Of a stretch of DNA of 49,805 nt, positions 7,866-16,323 are shown one piece after another. Under the pieces are notes generated by a model that was not told the origin of the DNA, searched no databases, and worked only from the letters and a program-made list of their open reading frames with translations. Numbering within the stretch: the first letter of the stretch is position 1; each line of letters begins with the position of its first letter. The DNA lies in NCBI GenBank assembly GCA_964451455.1, contig CAYVHT010000002.1, positions 1 to 49,805 on the forward strand, given 5' to 3'. Both the position numbers and the translations under genes were made by a program. Source of the DNA: an uncultured archaeon. Its GTDB lineage: Archaea; Iainarchaeota; Iainarchaeia; JAADDC01.

Positions 7866-8251
7866 CTCCTTGGTAGCCCCATTTTTTCGTCGATCGTACG
7901 GGCCACCTTTTTCAGATCTTCAAACATGCGGATGACATCCCTCTCCATTTCTTCTATGCTTCGAAGAAACGTTGCTGCCCTGAGCCGATAACTGCGCCCC
8001 TCTTTTACGAGGAGCCCCATGTCCACAAGCTTGCTGATGTGATAACTGGTGGAAGTTCTCGGATCCCCTAGGATCTCTGATAGTTCCGTCGCATTCATGC
8101 TTCTTTCTGCCATATGCTCCAGTATCTTTGTATAGCGCTCTAGCATGGCATCAGCCACTCCCAGCGATGATAGTAACCACTGCAAGTTCTCTTCCAGCTC
8201 GTCGCTGTAGGGTCTTTCCCGGTGTATGATTGTTAGAGTTCTTGTTGTCAT
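7862..8251 (-). CDS. winged-helix transcriptional regulator (ArsR/Phr-like), co-oriented with and overlapping cdc48
   Basis: HTH segment [38 protein letters not shown] 8251 (track lists TTG 8257). Stop TGA overlaps the cdc48 GTG (GTGA). Confidence 0.7.
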   Translation of the reverse strand: MTTRTLTIIHRERPYSDELEENLQWLLSSLGVADAMLERYTKILEHMAERSMNATELSEILGDPRTSTSYHISKLVDMGLLVKEGRSYRLRAATFLRSIEEMERDVIRMFEDLKKVARTIDEKMGLPRR

Positions 8252-8275
8252 CGACAATAATTTTTCGTCATAAGA

Positions 8276-8286
8276 TTTTTAAATTT
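8276..8286. promoter_or_regulatory. AT-rich TATA-like element in the regulator/hsp20 divergent spacer
   Basis: TTTTTAAATTT is centred about 30 nt upstream of ATG 8251 (minus strand). A second AT-rich box, AAAATAATATT (8296-8306), faces hsp20. Confidence 0.35.
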
Positions 8287-8324
8287 GTCTCTACTAAAAT
8301 AATATTGGATGGAAAGGGGGTGAT

Positions 8325-8361
8325 GGCCATGATGGTCTGGAGGTGGATTACCATCTAGGCC
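8325..8361. promoter_or_regulatory. imperfect palindrome upstream of hsp20 (operator or 5'-UTR hairpin candidate)
   Basis: GGCCATGATGGT-N13-ACCATCTAGGCC. The GATGGT/ACCATC cores and GGCC ends are complementary, with a 2-nt mismatch in each arm. It lies 70-105 nt upstream of ATG 8430. Confidence 0.3.
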
Positions 8362-8429
8362 ATCGGGCCCACCTTCTTTCCATCCGTTCTTTGTTCTTGT
8401 CTTGATCGTGTTCGCACGGGGGTGGTGGT

Positions 8430-8870
8430 ATGATATACGACCCCTTTGAGGAGATCCGCCGCCTGCACGAGTACATTGACCGTATGTTCGAGGACATGAT
8501 GCGTGTTCCCGCTGTCTCGCCCGGCGATATGACGTTTAGAGCTCCACCTGTAGACGTTGTGGATGAAGGAGATAAGATACGTGTGGTCGCAGAAATCCCG
8601 GGTGTTGACAAGGAGGATCTTGACGTTAGAGTCTTCGAGGATTCCGTGGTAATTCGCGCGGAGCGCAAGCACGAAAATGAACGTAAGGACAAAGGGTATT
8701 ACCTCCGAGAACGTAGTTACTCCTCGTATTACAGAACGATAGCGCTTCCGGCGCCCGTGATCCCAGATCAGGCTGAGGCCACGTATCGCAACGGTGTGCT
8801 TGAGCTCGTGCTTCCCAAGAAGATCCCACAGAAGCAGGAAGGTGGCGGTTTCCGAGTGAACGTCAAGTGA
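8430..8870 (+). CDS. hsp20: small heat shock protein, Hsp20/alpha-crystallin family
   Basis: Alpha-crystallin core: PPVDVVDEGDKIRVVAEIPGVDKEDLDVRV...YRTIALPAPV...ATYRNGVLELVLPK. SD-like GGTGGTGG lies before the ATG. Confidence 0.95.
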   Translation: MIYDPFEEIRRLHEYIDRMFEDMMRVPAVSPGDMTFRAPPVDVVDEGDKIRVVAEIPGVDKEDLDVRVFEDSVVIRAERKHENERKDKGYYLRERSYSSYYRTIALPAPVIPDQAEATYRNGVLELVLPKKIPQKQEGGGFRVNVK

Positions 8871-9219
8871 TTGGCACGAATTCGCAGTTCAGCACGCTGA
8901 AGTCCTTCGTTTCCCCCTCTCTTGCTCCTCGGCCGCAGCGGATCTTGTTTATTTTTTCTTCTTTTTCTCCAAGCGAGAATATGACTGTGCTGCCCTCACA
9001 GCGGTAGTGGATGCTGAACGGAAGATGCACGGTGTATCCAGATCCTGAGCAGTTTTGTGCCGCGTCTTTTGCCAGCGCTACCGCGTAATTCAGCCGCTTT
9101 ATTTCTAAGTTCGTTGAAACTGCGTTCCACACCTTATAATACGTTCCCATTATGCCGAACACTGCTGCCGCTATTGCGGTCATTGTGATGAGCGTTTCAA
9201 GAGCTACTTGCGCCTTCAC
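8863..9219 (-). CDS. type IV pilin-like protein (class III signal peptide)
   Basis: N-terminus MKA/QVALETLITMTAIAAAVFGI: short basic n-region, A/Q junction, Glu at +5, hydrophobic helix. Confidence 0.65.
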   Translation of the reverse strand: MKAQVALETLITMTAIAAAVFGIMGTYYKVWNAVSTNLEIKRLNYAVALAKDAAQNCSGSGYTVHLPFSIHYRCEGSTVIFSLGEKEEKINKIRCGRGAREGETKDFSVLNCEFVPIT

Positions 9220-9392
9220 TTCGTATCGCCGAGTTTGTCTAACTCTTTCATCAAGTTATCTGTGGTGTTGTCGTACTTGTCTCCCAGCTTTTTCGCAGAT
9301 GAGTTCAGTTTGTCTATGAGAAACAGCGCCAGAGCAGCCATAGCCGCGATGACAATGAGGAGCTCCGCCGAGACCTGAGCACGGTTGTCCAT
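9216..9392 (-). CDS. small type IV pilin-like protein (class III signal peptide), 58 aa
   Basis: Starts at internal ATG 9392 (MDNRA/QVSAELLIVIAAMAALALFLI). The track start 9464 would overlap the divergent gene. A TATA-like ATAAAAA lies about 30 nt upstream. Confidence 0.65.
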   Translation of the reverse strand: MDNRAQVSAELLIVIAAMAALALFLIDKLNSSAKKLGDKYDNTTDNLMKELDKLGDTK

Positions 9393-9426
9393 TTCAGTTA
9401 AATATTCTTCTCCGTGAGATAAAAAG

Positions 9427-9996
9427 GTGATGCTCAGCAAGCGGGAGCTACAGGATCTTTTCATATCTTGGATAACCTTGTCTGTTGCTTTCGCCTGGGA
9501 TCTGCACTTCCAAGCGTTTCTATTGCGCCTCCCGCTTTACCTGGTCGTGGTTGCCACAGCTTTTATCTTCCACGAGCTTGGGCACAAGTACTCCGCAATT
9601 CGTCTCGGCTACTACGCCGAATATCGCGCATGGACGTGGGGTCTGGTACTCGCAATTCTTCTTGCGGCCACATCTCCCTTTGTATTCGCCGCGCCTGGTG
9701 CGGTATATATCCTTGGCTCTCCCAATCGCCGTGACAATGGGATTATTTCTCTTGCGGGTCCCCTGGTCAATCTCATCATAGCGGTACTTTGTTTTGCTCT
9801 TCTCTTCTTCCAAGTTCTCCCGCAGTTCGCTCTATGGATTTACGCGGTTGGTTATGTCAACACTTTCCTTGGCCTGTTTAACATGCTTCCGGTTTATCCC
9901 TTGGATGGTTCTAAGGTCTTTGCTTGGGACAAGGGTGCTTACTTCGCCACGGTTTTGGCGTTTCTTGCAGCATACGCACTATACGCAGCCATCTGA
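9427..9996 (+). CDS. site-2 protease family (M50) intramembrane zinc metalloprotease
   Basis: HELGH (HExxH) sits in a TM helix and NMLPVYPLDGSKV is the LDG motif. Multi-TM. GTG 9427 / ATG 9430. Confidence 0.85.
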   Translation: MMLSKRELQDLFISWITLSVAFAWDLHFQAFLLRLPLYLVVVATAFIFHELGHKYSAIRLGYYAEYRAWTWGLVLAILLAATSPFVFAAPGAVYILGSPNRRDNGIISLAGPLVNLIIAVLCFALLFFQVLPQFALWIYAVGYVNTFLGLFNMLPVYPLDGSKVFAWDKGAYFATVLAFLAAYALYAAI

Positions 9997-10255
9997 CTTC
10001 TATCATAACGGCCGTTTTTTCTTATGTATAATTGTTTTCACTACTCGGAGTGACACATATTGTTTATATACTCCCTTGCCTTATTCCCTTTGCGGACGGA
10101 GGGGGTGATGTTAAGGTAACACAGGTATTTAGGCAAGCCGGGAGATAGGCTGGCCCGCCTGAGGGTATCTGGGATTGCTACGGACCGTCTCCTGGCTGCC
10201 GCGGGCGGAAATTCTAATAACAACCCCTTTTAAATTCTCATCACGTATTCTCAAC

Positions 10256-10828
10256 ATGGCTGATGTTCTTGAAACGATCAAAGCGATGGTCCGTCAGGGG
10301 GCTTCCTCTGACGAGATAGTCGACACGCTGAAGACTATGGGCATATCTGAGGACGAGGCACGCAAGCTTATACTCCTCGCTGAGAGGGATATGCTCCGCG
10401 TTTTGCGCAATGAGATACGAGAGATTGCTGCCGACGCCTTTGACGAGCGTGCAGAGGCCATGAAAAAGGATCTCGCTGCTGATGTGAACCGTATTGTTGA
10501 TTCTCAGATGAAGTTAACTAAGAAGCTGCTCTTTGATAGCGTTCGCGAGGAGCTTAACAGGTACATTTCTACGGTGTCTCGTCTTGAAGATCGACTTTCT
10601 GTGCTGGAAAGAAAGGTATATGATCTTGAAACCCGTCTTGGGGACTTGGAATCTTCCTATCGCCCCCACCACCATGGCAAGGGTTTGGCAGTTGTAAAGT
10701 ATGTCCTTCTCCTTGCGGGGCTTGCTGCTATGGCTGTCGCGCTGCTCATGCCCATGCCAAAGAATACCCAAATGTTCGTGTTCTTTGGCGGGCTAATAGC
10801 TACACTAGGGGGTGTCTTCTTTGGCTAA
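10256..10828 (+). CDS. coiled-coil protein with C-terminal TM helices, function unknown
   Basis: ATG 10256 (MADVLETIKAMV...) with TTTTAAATT about 25 nt upstream. The track start 10175 would run through the promoter. Heptad-like central region; two C-terminal hydrophobic helices. Confidence 0.65.
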   Translation: MADVLETIKAMVRQGASSDEIVDTLKTMGISEDEARKLILLAERDMLRVLRNEIREIAADAFDERAEAMKKDLAADVNRIVDSQMKLTKKLLFDSVREELNRYISTVSRLEDRLSVLERKVYDLETRLGDLESSYRPHHHGKGLAVVKYVLLLAGLAAMAVALLMPMPKNTQMFVFFGGLIATLGGVFFG

Positions 10829-11450
10829 AAGGGTTCTGGATGCGTGGTCTGCCCAAAGCGCTCTCAGGGACGTTGTTCCTTTCGTTCCATCCATTCTTAC
10901 AAGGGACGTGGAGGAAGCGCTATCCTTTGCGCGCGACTATGGTTATCCCGTTGTCTTGAAGGCTGTTTCCGACCAGATCGTGCACAAGACAGATGCCGGT
11001 GCGGTGGTGTTGAACGTATCTGATGACGACGCGCTTCTTCATCACTTCTACTCGCTCCAACGCACTTTCAATGCGCCCATCCTTGTTCAGAAGCAGGTTT
11101 CTGGTGTAGAACTCTTTCTTGGTGGGAAGCAGGATCCACAGTTTGGCCCAGTAGTGCTTTTTGGGCTGGGTGGTATCTTTGTTGAGGTATACAAGGACGT
11201 TTCCGCCCGTGTTGCTCCCTTCAGCCCAGAAGAAGCGAGAACTATGTTTTTGGACCTCCGCGGTAAGGAGATATTAGAGGGCGCCCGTGGTGTCCGCGTG
11301 AATCTTGATGCCCTCGCCAGTATCGTCTCCAGATTCTCGGAGTTCCTTGCTCAGCACCCCGAGTACCTGGAGGTGGATCTGAACCCGATTTTCGCCACGC
11401 GGGACGGGATCTACGCAGTGGACGCGCGTATAGTTTTACGCGGGAGCTAG
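10812..11450 (+). CDS. ATP-grasp domain protein resembling ADP-forming acetyl-CoA synthetase beta subunit
   Basis: ARDYGYPVVLKAVSDQIVHKTDAGAVVLNV..., FGPVVLFGLGGIFVEVYKDVS and LEVDLNPI are typical of the ACD beta / ATP-grasp_5 region. No alpha subunit is adjacent. Confidence 0.6.
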   Translation: MSSLAKRVLDAWSAQSALRDVVPFVPSILTRDVEEALSFARDYGYPVVLKAVSDQIVHKTDAGAVVLNVSDDDALLHHFYSLQRTFNAPILVQKQVSGVELFLGGKQDPQFGPVVLFGLGGIFVEVYKDVSARVAPFSPEEARTMFLDLRGKEILEGARGVRVNLDALASIVSRFSEFLAQHPEYLEVDLNPIFATRDGIYAVDARIVLRGS

Positions 11451-13565
11451 GAACCCGTGACGAGGTTCAAATATGTCTCCATCCCTCTTCAGTCGCTCTA
11501 TGATGTCCTTCACCTCGTCCATATCCATATTGTAGCTGCTCGCGGCTTCTTCAATCACGTCGTCAATAGGCACCATATCCGTGTCCAAGCACTTTGCTCT
11601 GATTATATTTAGCACGATCTTGGCTTTCTCCCTCTTGCTCTTTGTCTCTCCAGTGGTCAGGACGTCGAAATCAATGGCCCCCGTCTCTGGATCCTTGAGA
11701 ACTTCTTCCATAGATGCTTGCGCCAGGCGTATTGCTCTGTCAGCGTCTTCTCCAGTTACTTTGTTGGACAGCCGAACCCTTGCAGATGCCTCCGCCAGTC
11801 GGATAAGCGCCTCTAGCTGTCTCGCGGTCGTGGGTACTGTATTTTGTTTCTTTCCGAGCTTGCGCAGGTTAACGTAGAAATCTATGATCTTGTCCATTGC
11901 TTCTTTCGTCAGCTCGGGGAAGACGTGGGTGCGCGCGTATGCGATGTATTTCCGCAATAGCTCTATATCTATGGCTGGCTTTACGTGCTTTTCGGCCTCT
12001 TCCACCTCTTCAGCTGTCAACTCTTTGTCCGTGCCCATCTCGTATGCAATTCTTTTCTCTCCTGCGAGGTGCGTTTTCAGTATGTGCTCAGCGATTTTTC
12101 TGTCCCTGTCTTCGTCCAACTGTTCTTTTACGATGAACATGAGGTCAAAACGGGACAGGATCGTCGGCTCTATGTTTATCTGCTCTATAGGGTTCTGATA
12201 CGGGTCGAATCTACCCCTCTTTGGGTTTGCAGCGGAGAGGATGGCCGTATCTGCCTTGAATGTAGTTACTATGCCTGCTTTGGCCACGCTGATGGTCTGC
12301 TGCTCCATAGCTTCATGTAGCGCCGCCCTGTCCTTCTGATCTATCTTCTCGAACTCGTCCACTGCCGCAATGCCTCCAGACGCAAGTACCAATGCTCCTG
12401 CCTTTATTACCCATCCACCTTCACCCATCTCGTCTTTCTCGGCCGTGGCCGTAAGCCCTGCACCGGACGCAGTTTTTCCAGCCACGTATATACTCTTGGG
12501 CGCTATTTTCGCGGCATGCCTTAGGATCTGCGACTTACCAGTACCCGGGTCGCCCATGAGGAGTATGTGTATGTTCCCGCGTATGTGCGTTCCGTCTGGC
12601 AGGTCTTTTTTTACACCGCCAAAGAGTTGGAGCGCTACTGCCTCTTTGATGTCGTCGTGGCCGTAAATTGTCGGAGCTATGGATCTACGGAGCTTGTCGT
12701 AAATCTCGGGATCCTGCGCCAATTTTTTGATCTCCTCTATTTCTTCAGGTGTCGGTTCTAGCTCTTCAAACTCCTTCTGCGTGGGTTCGACCCACAGCGC
12801 GTCTATGTACTTCCCATAGACCGTTCTTCTTGTATCTGGCTGGAGCAAGCGAAGCACTCCCACCACGTTTACCCTGTCCCCTGGCTTTACCTTGTTTGTC
12901 AGATCTCCTTCCAAGTATATGTCTATGAAGCGTGCCTGCTCTCCGCCGCGGAGGTATTCTATGGGCTCTTGAATCTGTATTCTTTGGAAATCCACCCATA
13001 TGGACTGTTCTGGCAGGAGCTCGAAATCTCTGCTGCCGCAAACGCAGACAGGCGGTTTCTTCAGCTTCGGGCCTTCTTGCAGGACGTCATAGGTCCTCCC
13101 ACACTTTCTGCACATCCATTTGGCTACTTTTAGCTTTGGGAGAACCATTGTGGTCTGGCGAACCACACCTTCCGCTGCGATGATCTTGCCTATGTAGTCT
13201 GAGGTTATATTTCTGACGAGGAGTTTCCTTTCGTCTGGAATGTTTGTAAGGCGCACGCGCAGCTTCATGTTTTCAATCCCTGGTATTTCTATACGTCCTA
13301 ACGCGTACTCCATTGCGTCCAGATATTGGTCGGGGTTATCTAGAAGCGCGTCTGCCAGCTCGTAGTCAAAGCTCTCGAGCTTGGCGAAGTCCACAACGAT
13401 ACTCACGGCGTCTGGGTGTGTTGCTATGTATTCTGTGAGTTCTTTCTCATATACGACGCGGAAGAACTGCTCGAACTTGTCCACGATTTCCGAGCTGATC
13501 TCTGATTCGTCCGTATTTGGTGTTGCATCGAAGTTCTCCACGATGTCCTGGTCTCCATCATCCAC
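11436..13565 (-). CDS. mcm: MCM replicative helicase
   Basis: 709 aa. Zn-ribbon CRKCG...CVCG, Walker A GDPGTGKSQ, Walker B IAAVDEFEK, arginine finger SRFDL, C-terminal winged helix. Confidence 0.95.
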   Translation of the reverse strand: MDDGDQDIVENFDATPNTDESEISSEIVDKFEQFFRVVYEKELTEYIATHPDAVSIVVDFAKLESFDYELADALLDNPDQYLDAMEYALGRIEIPGIENMKLRVRLTNIPDERKLLVRNITSDYIGKIIAAEGVVRQTTMVLPKLKVAKWMCRKCGRTYDVLQEGPKLKKPPVCVCGSRDFELLPEQSIWVDFQRIQIQEPIEYLRGGEQARFIDIYLEGDLTNKVKPGDRVNVVGVLRLLQPDTRRTVYGKYIDALWVEPTQKEFEELEPTPEEIEEIKKLAQDPEIYDKLRRSIAPTIYGHDDIKEAVALQLFGGVKKDLPDGTHIRGNIHILLMGDPGTGKSQILRHAAKIAPKSIYVAGKTASGAGLTATAEKDEMGEGGWVIKAGALVLASGGIAAVDEFEKIDQKDRAALHEAMEQQTISVAKAGIVTTFKADTAILSAANPKRGRFDPYQNPIEQINIEPTILSRFDLMFIVKEQLDEDRDRKIAEHILKTHLAGEKRIAYEMGTDKELTAEEVEEAEKHVKPAIDIELLRKYIAYARTHVFPELTKEAMDKIIDFYVNLRKLGKKQNTVPTTARQLEALIRLAEASARVRLSNKVTGEDADRAIRLAQASMEEVLKDPETGAIDFDVLTTGETKSKREKAKIVLNIIRAKCLDTDMVPIDDVIEEAASSYNMDMDEVKDIIERLKRDGDIFEPRHGFLAPA

Positions 13566-13619
13566 GGTATAATCTTGCCACTCACTCGTTATAATCCCGC
13601 CGATAAGATTGCAAAATTT

Positions 13620-13961
13620 TTACTGTGCTATGGTTTGATTTTTCTTCTCCCGTAAGTATGGCTTCCTCCGCCTCGCTCCACATGCAAGGCATATGTATTC
13701 CACGTGAGGCTGCGGTTCCGGCTTGAGACGGATAATTACATTTTCTCCCGGGATCCAGAAGCTGTTACACTTCTTGCAGAATCGGTATTTCCACTCTTCC
13801 GGGATCGGAACGTTGTATCTCTGCCCTATTTTCCTTGCCAGCCACACGTATCTTCTCGCTCGCTCTGGGTGCTCCCTTGCGTTCTTCTCTGCTAGCTGGA
13901 AGAGCCTAACCATCCGTTCTATAGCAATTTTCTGTATCTTTTTCTTCTCCCACTTGCGCAC
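13620..13961 (-). CDS. rnp4: RNase P protein component 4 (Rpp21/Rnp4)
   Basis: KKKIQKIAIERMVRLFQLAEKNAREHPERARRYVWLARKIGQRYNV, plus Zn-ribbon FCKKCNSFW...CLACG. Start reassigned to in-frame GTG 13961 (113 aa). The 245-aa track ORF would overlap bud32 by about 350 nt on the opposite strand. Confidence 0.8.
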   Translation of the reverse strand: MRKWEKKKIQKIAIERMVRLFQLAEKNAREHPERARRYVWLARKIGQRYNVPIPEEWKYRFCKKCNSFWIPGENVIIRLKPEPQPHVEYICLACGARRRKPYLREKKNQTIAQ

Positions 13962-13982
13962 GTATCCATTTTCTTCATTCTC

Positions 13983-13988
13983 TTTAAA
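13983..13988. promoter_or_regulatory. single palindromic TATA element (TTTAAA) shared by divergent rnp4 and bud32
   Basis: Exactly 21 nt separate TTTAAA from GTG 13961 (minus) and from GTG 14010 (plus). No other AT-rich box lies in the 48-nt spacer. Confidence 0.45.
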
Positions 13989-14009
13989 CGGTTCTTCTCC
14001 CCTTGCTTT

Positions 14010-14615
14010 GTGGAGCTCATAAAGAAGGGTGCGGAGGCGGAACTCTACAGGATTATGTATAATGGTCGCCCCGCGGTGCTCAAGCGCAGAATCCCGAAGC
14101 GCTACCGCGTGCCCGAGCTTGACGAGCGGATACGGAAGACGCGGACGCGGAGGGAGGCGAGACTGCTTGAAAGGGCCCGCCGTGTCGGTGTCCTCACTCC
14201 AGAAGTTCTTTCCGTGGACGACAAGCGTATGGAGATCGTTCTCGAGTTCGTGGAGGGTGAGAGGGCCAAAGAGTATCTTCTGCGCACCAGAGACATTAAT
14301 CTCATGCGAGATGTTGGAGAGTTTGTGGCCCGTCTCCATAAGAACAACATCGTTCACGGAGATCTTACGACTTCCAACATCATCCTCTCTCCGAAGGGCA
14401 TATACTTCCTAGACTTTGGTCTTGGAGCGGTTTCTGACTCGGTGGAGGACAAGGCTGTGGATCTCGTGTGCTTTGAGAAGTCCTTCATTGCCACACATTC
14501 TGACATCGCTGAGGAAGGGTGGGCAGCCTTCCGCGAGGGCTATTCAGTTTACTCTGAATCTGATATCGTCTGGAAGCGTGTAGAGCAGGTGAAGAGACGA
14601 GCACGTTACCTCTGA
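14010..14615 (+). CDS. bud32: Bud32/PRPK atypical kinase (KEOPS subunit), stand-alone
   Basis: GAEAELY...VLKRRIPKRYRVPELDERIRKTRTRREARLLERA...IVHGDLTTSNIIL...YFLDFGL. Confidence 0.9.
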   Translation: MELIKKGAEAELYRIMYNGRPAVLKRRIPKRYRVPELDERIRKTRTRREARLLERARRVGVLTPEVLSVDDKRMEIVLEFVEGERAKEYLLRTRDINLMRDVGEFVARLHKNNIVHGDLTTSNIILSPKGIYFLDFGLGAVSDSVEDKAVDLVCFEKSFIATHSDIAEEGWAAFREGYSVYSESDIVWKRVEQVKRRARYL

Positions 14616-14679
14616 GGTTAAGATTTTATAGTGTATCCCTCTCCTGAATACGACCTTCTACTGTATAGAGGGGATAGCG

Positions 14680-15135
14680 ATGGCAAGAATGCACGCACGT
14701 AAGAAGGGAAAGTCAGGGTCCACTCCGCCCACATCCAAGGTTCCGCCGTCCTGGGTGAACGCGAAACCCGAGGACGTTGAGACCTTGGTGGTGGAGCTGG
14801 CTAAGAAGGGTTATTCCCAGGCGCAGATCGGCCTGGTCTTGCGCGATCAGTATGGGATTCCTTCTGTCAAGGCAATCACTGGCAAGAAGATTCGCCAGAT
14901 TTTGAAGGAGCACGGTCTTGCCTCCGAGATTCCGGAGGATCTTATGAATCTCATCCGCCGTGCCGTTAGGATTCGCAAGCACCTCGAGACGCACCGCAAG
15001 GATATGCACAACAAGGTTGCTCTCATCCTCGTGGAGTCCAAGATTCGTCGTCTCGCCAAATACTATAAGAGCATCGGCGAGCTTCCGCCCAACTGGAAGT
15101 ACTCGCCAGATAAGGCTGCGGTGCTGGTGAGGTAA
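14680..15135 (+). CDS. rps15: 30S ribosomal protein uS15 (S15P/S13e)
   Basis: [17 protein letters not shown]...[19 protein letters not shown]...RLAKYY. Confidence 0.95.
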   Translation: MARMHARKKGKSGSTPPTSKVPPSWVNAKPEDVETLVVELAKKGYSQAQIGLVLRDQYGIPSVKAITGKKIRQILKEHGLASEIPEDLMNLIRRAVRIRKHLETHRKDMHNKVALILVESKIRRLAKYYKSIGELPPNWKYSPDKAAVLVR

Positions 15136-15226
15136 TGATAATCACCCTTTGCTACCGCGGAGAGACGCAGACGTATGAAGGAGACGCGTTGGACGTGTTA
15201 CAGAAAGCAGATAAGAAGGTGGTTGA

Positions 15227-15850
15227 ATGGCAAAGCGCGTAAGGGCAGTAGACCCGTGGAAGCTCAAGAAGTGGTATTCCGTCATCTCTCCCAGAATCTG
15301 GGACGAGAAGGAGGTTGGGAGCACCGCTGCTTCCGACGAGAAGTTGCTCTACGGCCGCGTTATGCAGGTGCCCGCATCTTTCCTCACGGGAAGCGTGGGG
15401 CACGCGCAGTACATCCTCAAGTTCAGGATCGTTCAGGTGGTTGGTTCTGAGGCGCGCACGATCTTCGAGGGCTACGAGTTGGACAATGCCTTCATCAAGC
15501 GCCTAACCCGTAGGCACTCATCAAAGATTGAGGTGGTCTTTGACGTCAAGACGCGCGACGACCACGTGCTACACGTTAAGGCGATCACCTGGACGGCCGT
15601 GCATGTTTCTAGGAGCCAGGCGACGGCTATCCGCAAGATCATGCAGCAGATGATCACGGAGCGCGCCCAGAAGTTCAGTGCCGACGAGCTTATGAAGGAG
15701 TTCGTGATAGGCGACTTCACCAGGAAGATAGCGGACGAGGCGTCCAAGATTGCGCCCATCCGCAGGGTGGAAGTGGCCAAGGTGCGCGTGCTCCAGCGGC
15801 CCGAAAAGAAGGAAACTGAGAAGATCACCGCTGCAGAGGCGGCTGCATGA
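15227..15850 (+). CDS. rps3ae: 30S ribosomal protein eS1 (S3Ae)
   Basis: VDPWKLKKWYSVISPRIWDEKEVGSTAASDEKLLYGRV...KFRIVQV. Confidence 0.9.
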   Translation: MAKRVRAVDPWKLKKWYSVISPRIWDEKEVGSTAASDEKLLYGRVMQVPASFLTGSVGHAQYILKFRIVQVVGSEARTIFEGYELDNAFIKRLTRRHSSKIEVVFDVKTRDDHVLHVKAITWTAVHVSRSQATAIRKIMQQMITERAQKFSADELMKEFVIGDFTRKIADEASKIAPIRRVEVAKVRVLQRPEKKETEKITAAEAAA

Positions 15851-16323
15851 ACTGGGAGCTCTTGCTGTGGATCGTCCCGGCCTACGTGGCCAACTCCACG
15901 GCAACCCTCTCCAAATTTTTTCCCAAGCGACACCCCATAGACGCGGGATATGTTTGTAGGGATGGGAGAAGGCTTCTGGGCAACGGCAAGACCTGGGAGG
16001 GTCTCATAATAGGTATAACCTTTGGAACCTTGGCGGGGTGGCCGCTTTTCTGGTATTTCCACATCCCGTACAATGCGTTTCTCGTGGCGTTCGGTGCGCT
16101 TCTGGGAGATATCGTCGGATCCTTTGCTAAGAGGCGTATAGGGCTGGACCGCGGCGCTGAAGCTCCAGTTATAGACCAGTTAGACTTTATATTCGGTGCC
16201 TTCGCCCTTGGCGGCCCGTTGCCTGCAGAATACTCCGCGCTTTTCCTCCTGATCACACCTATCATCCACCGCACGGCCAACATCATTGGCTACATCATCG
16301 GTGTGAAGAATGAGCCGTGGTGA
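15847..16323 (+). CDS. carS: CDP-archaeol synthase (CarS)
   Basis: PAYVANSTATL...GNGKTWEGLIIG...GDIVGSFAKRRIG..DRG...VIDQLDF...NEPW-COOH. This closely parallels the AF1740-type CarS pattern. Confidence 0.8.
   Translation: MNWELLLWIVPAYVANSTATLSKFFPKRHPIDAGYVCRDGRRLLGNGKTWEGLIIGITFGTLAGWPLFWYFHIPYNAFLVAFGALLGDIVGSFAKRRIGLDRGAEAPVIDQLDFIFGAFALGGPLPAEYSALFLLITPIIHRTANIIGYIIGVKNEPW

Noticed and set aside
10104-10163. C/D box sRNA (GTGATGT ... CTGA about 56 nt apart)
   Set aside because: The C box is imperfect, there are no internal D'/C' boxes, and there is no terminal pairing.
13962-14357. N-terminal 132 codons of track ORF 13620..14357(-)
   Set aside because: It would overlap bud32 on the opposite strand by about 350 nt. 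The Rpp21 homology starts only after in-frame GTG 13961, which gives the family-typical 113 aa.
14634-14676. Hairpin TATCCCTCT / AGAGGGGATA sequestering the SD of the uS15 gene (possible autoregulation)
   Set aside because: The likely TATA box (TTTTATA, 14624-14630) predicts a transcription start near 14654, downstream of the 5' arm. The hairpin would then not be in the mRNA unless there is read-through from bud32.
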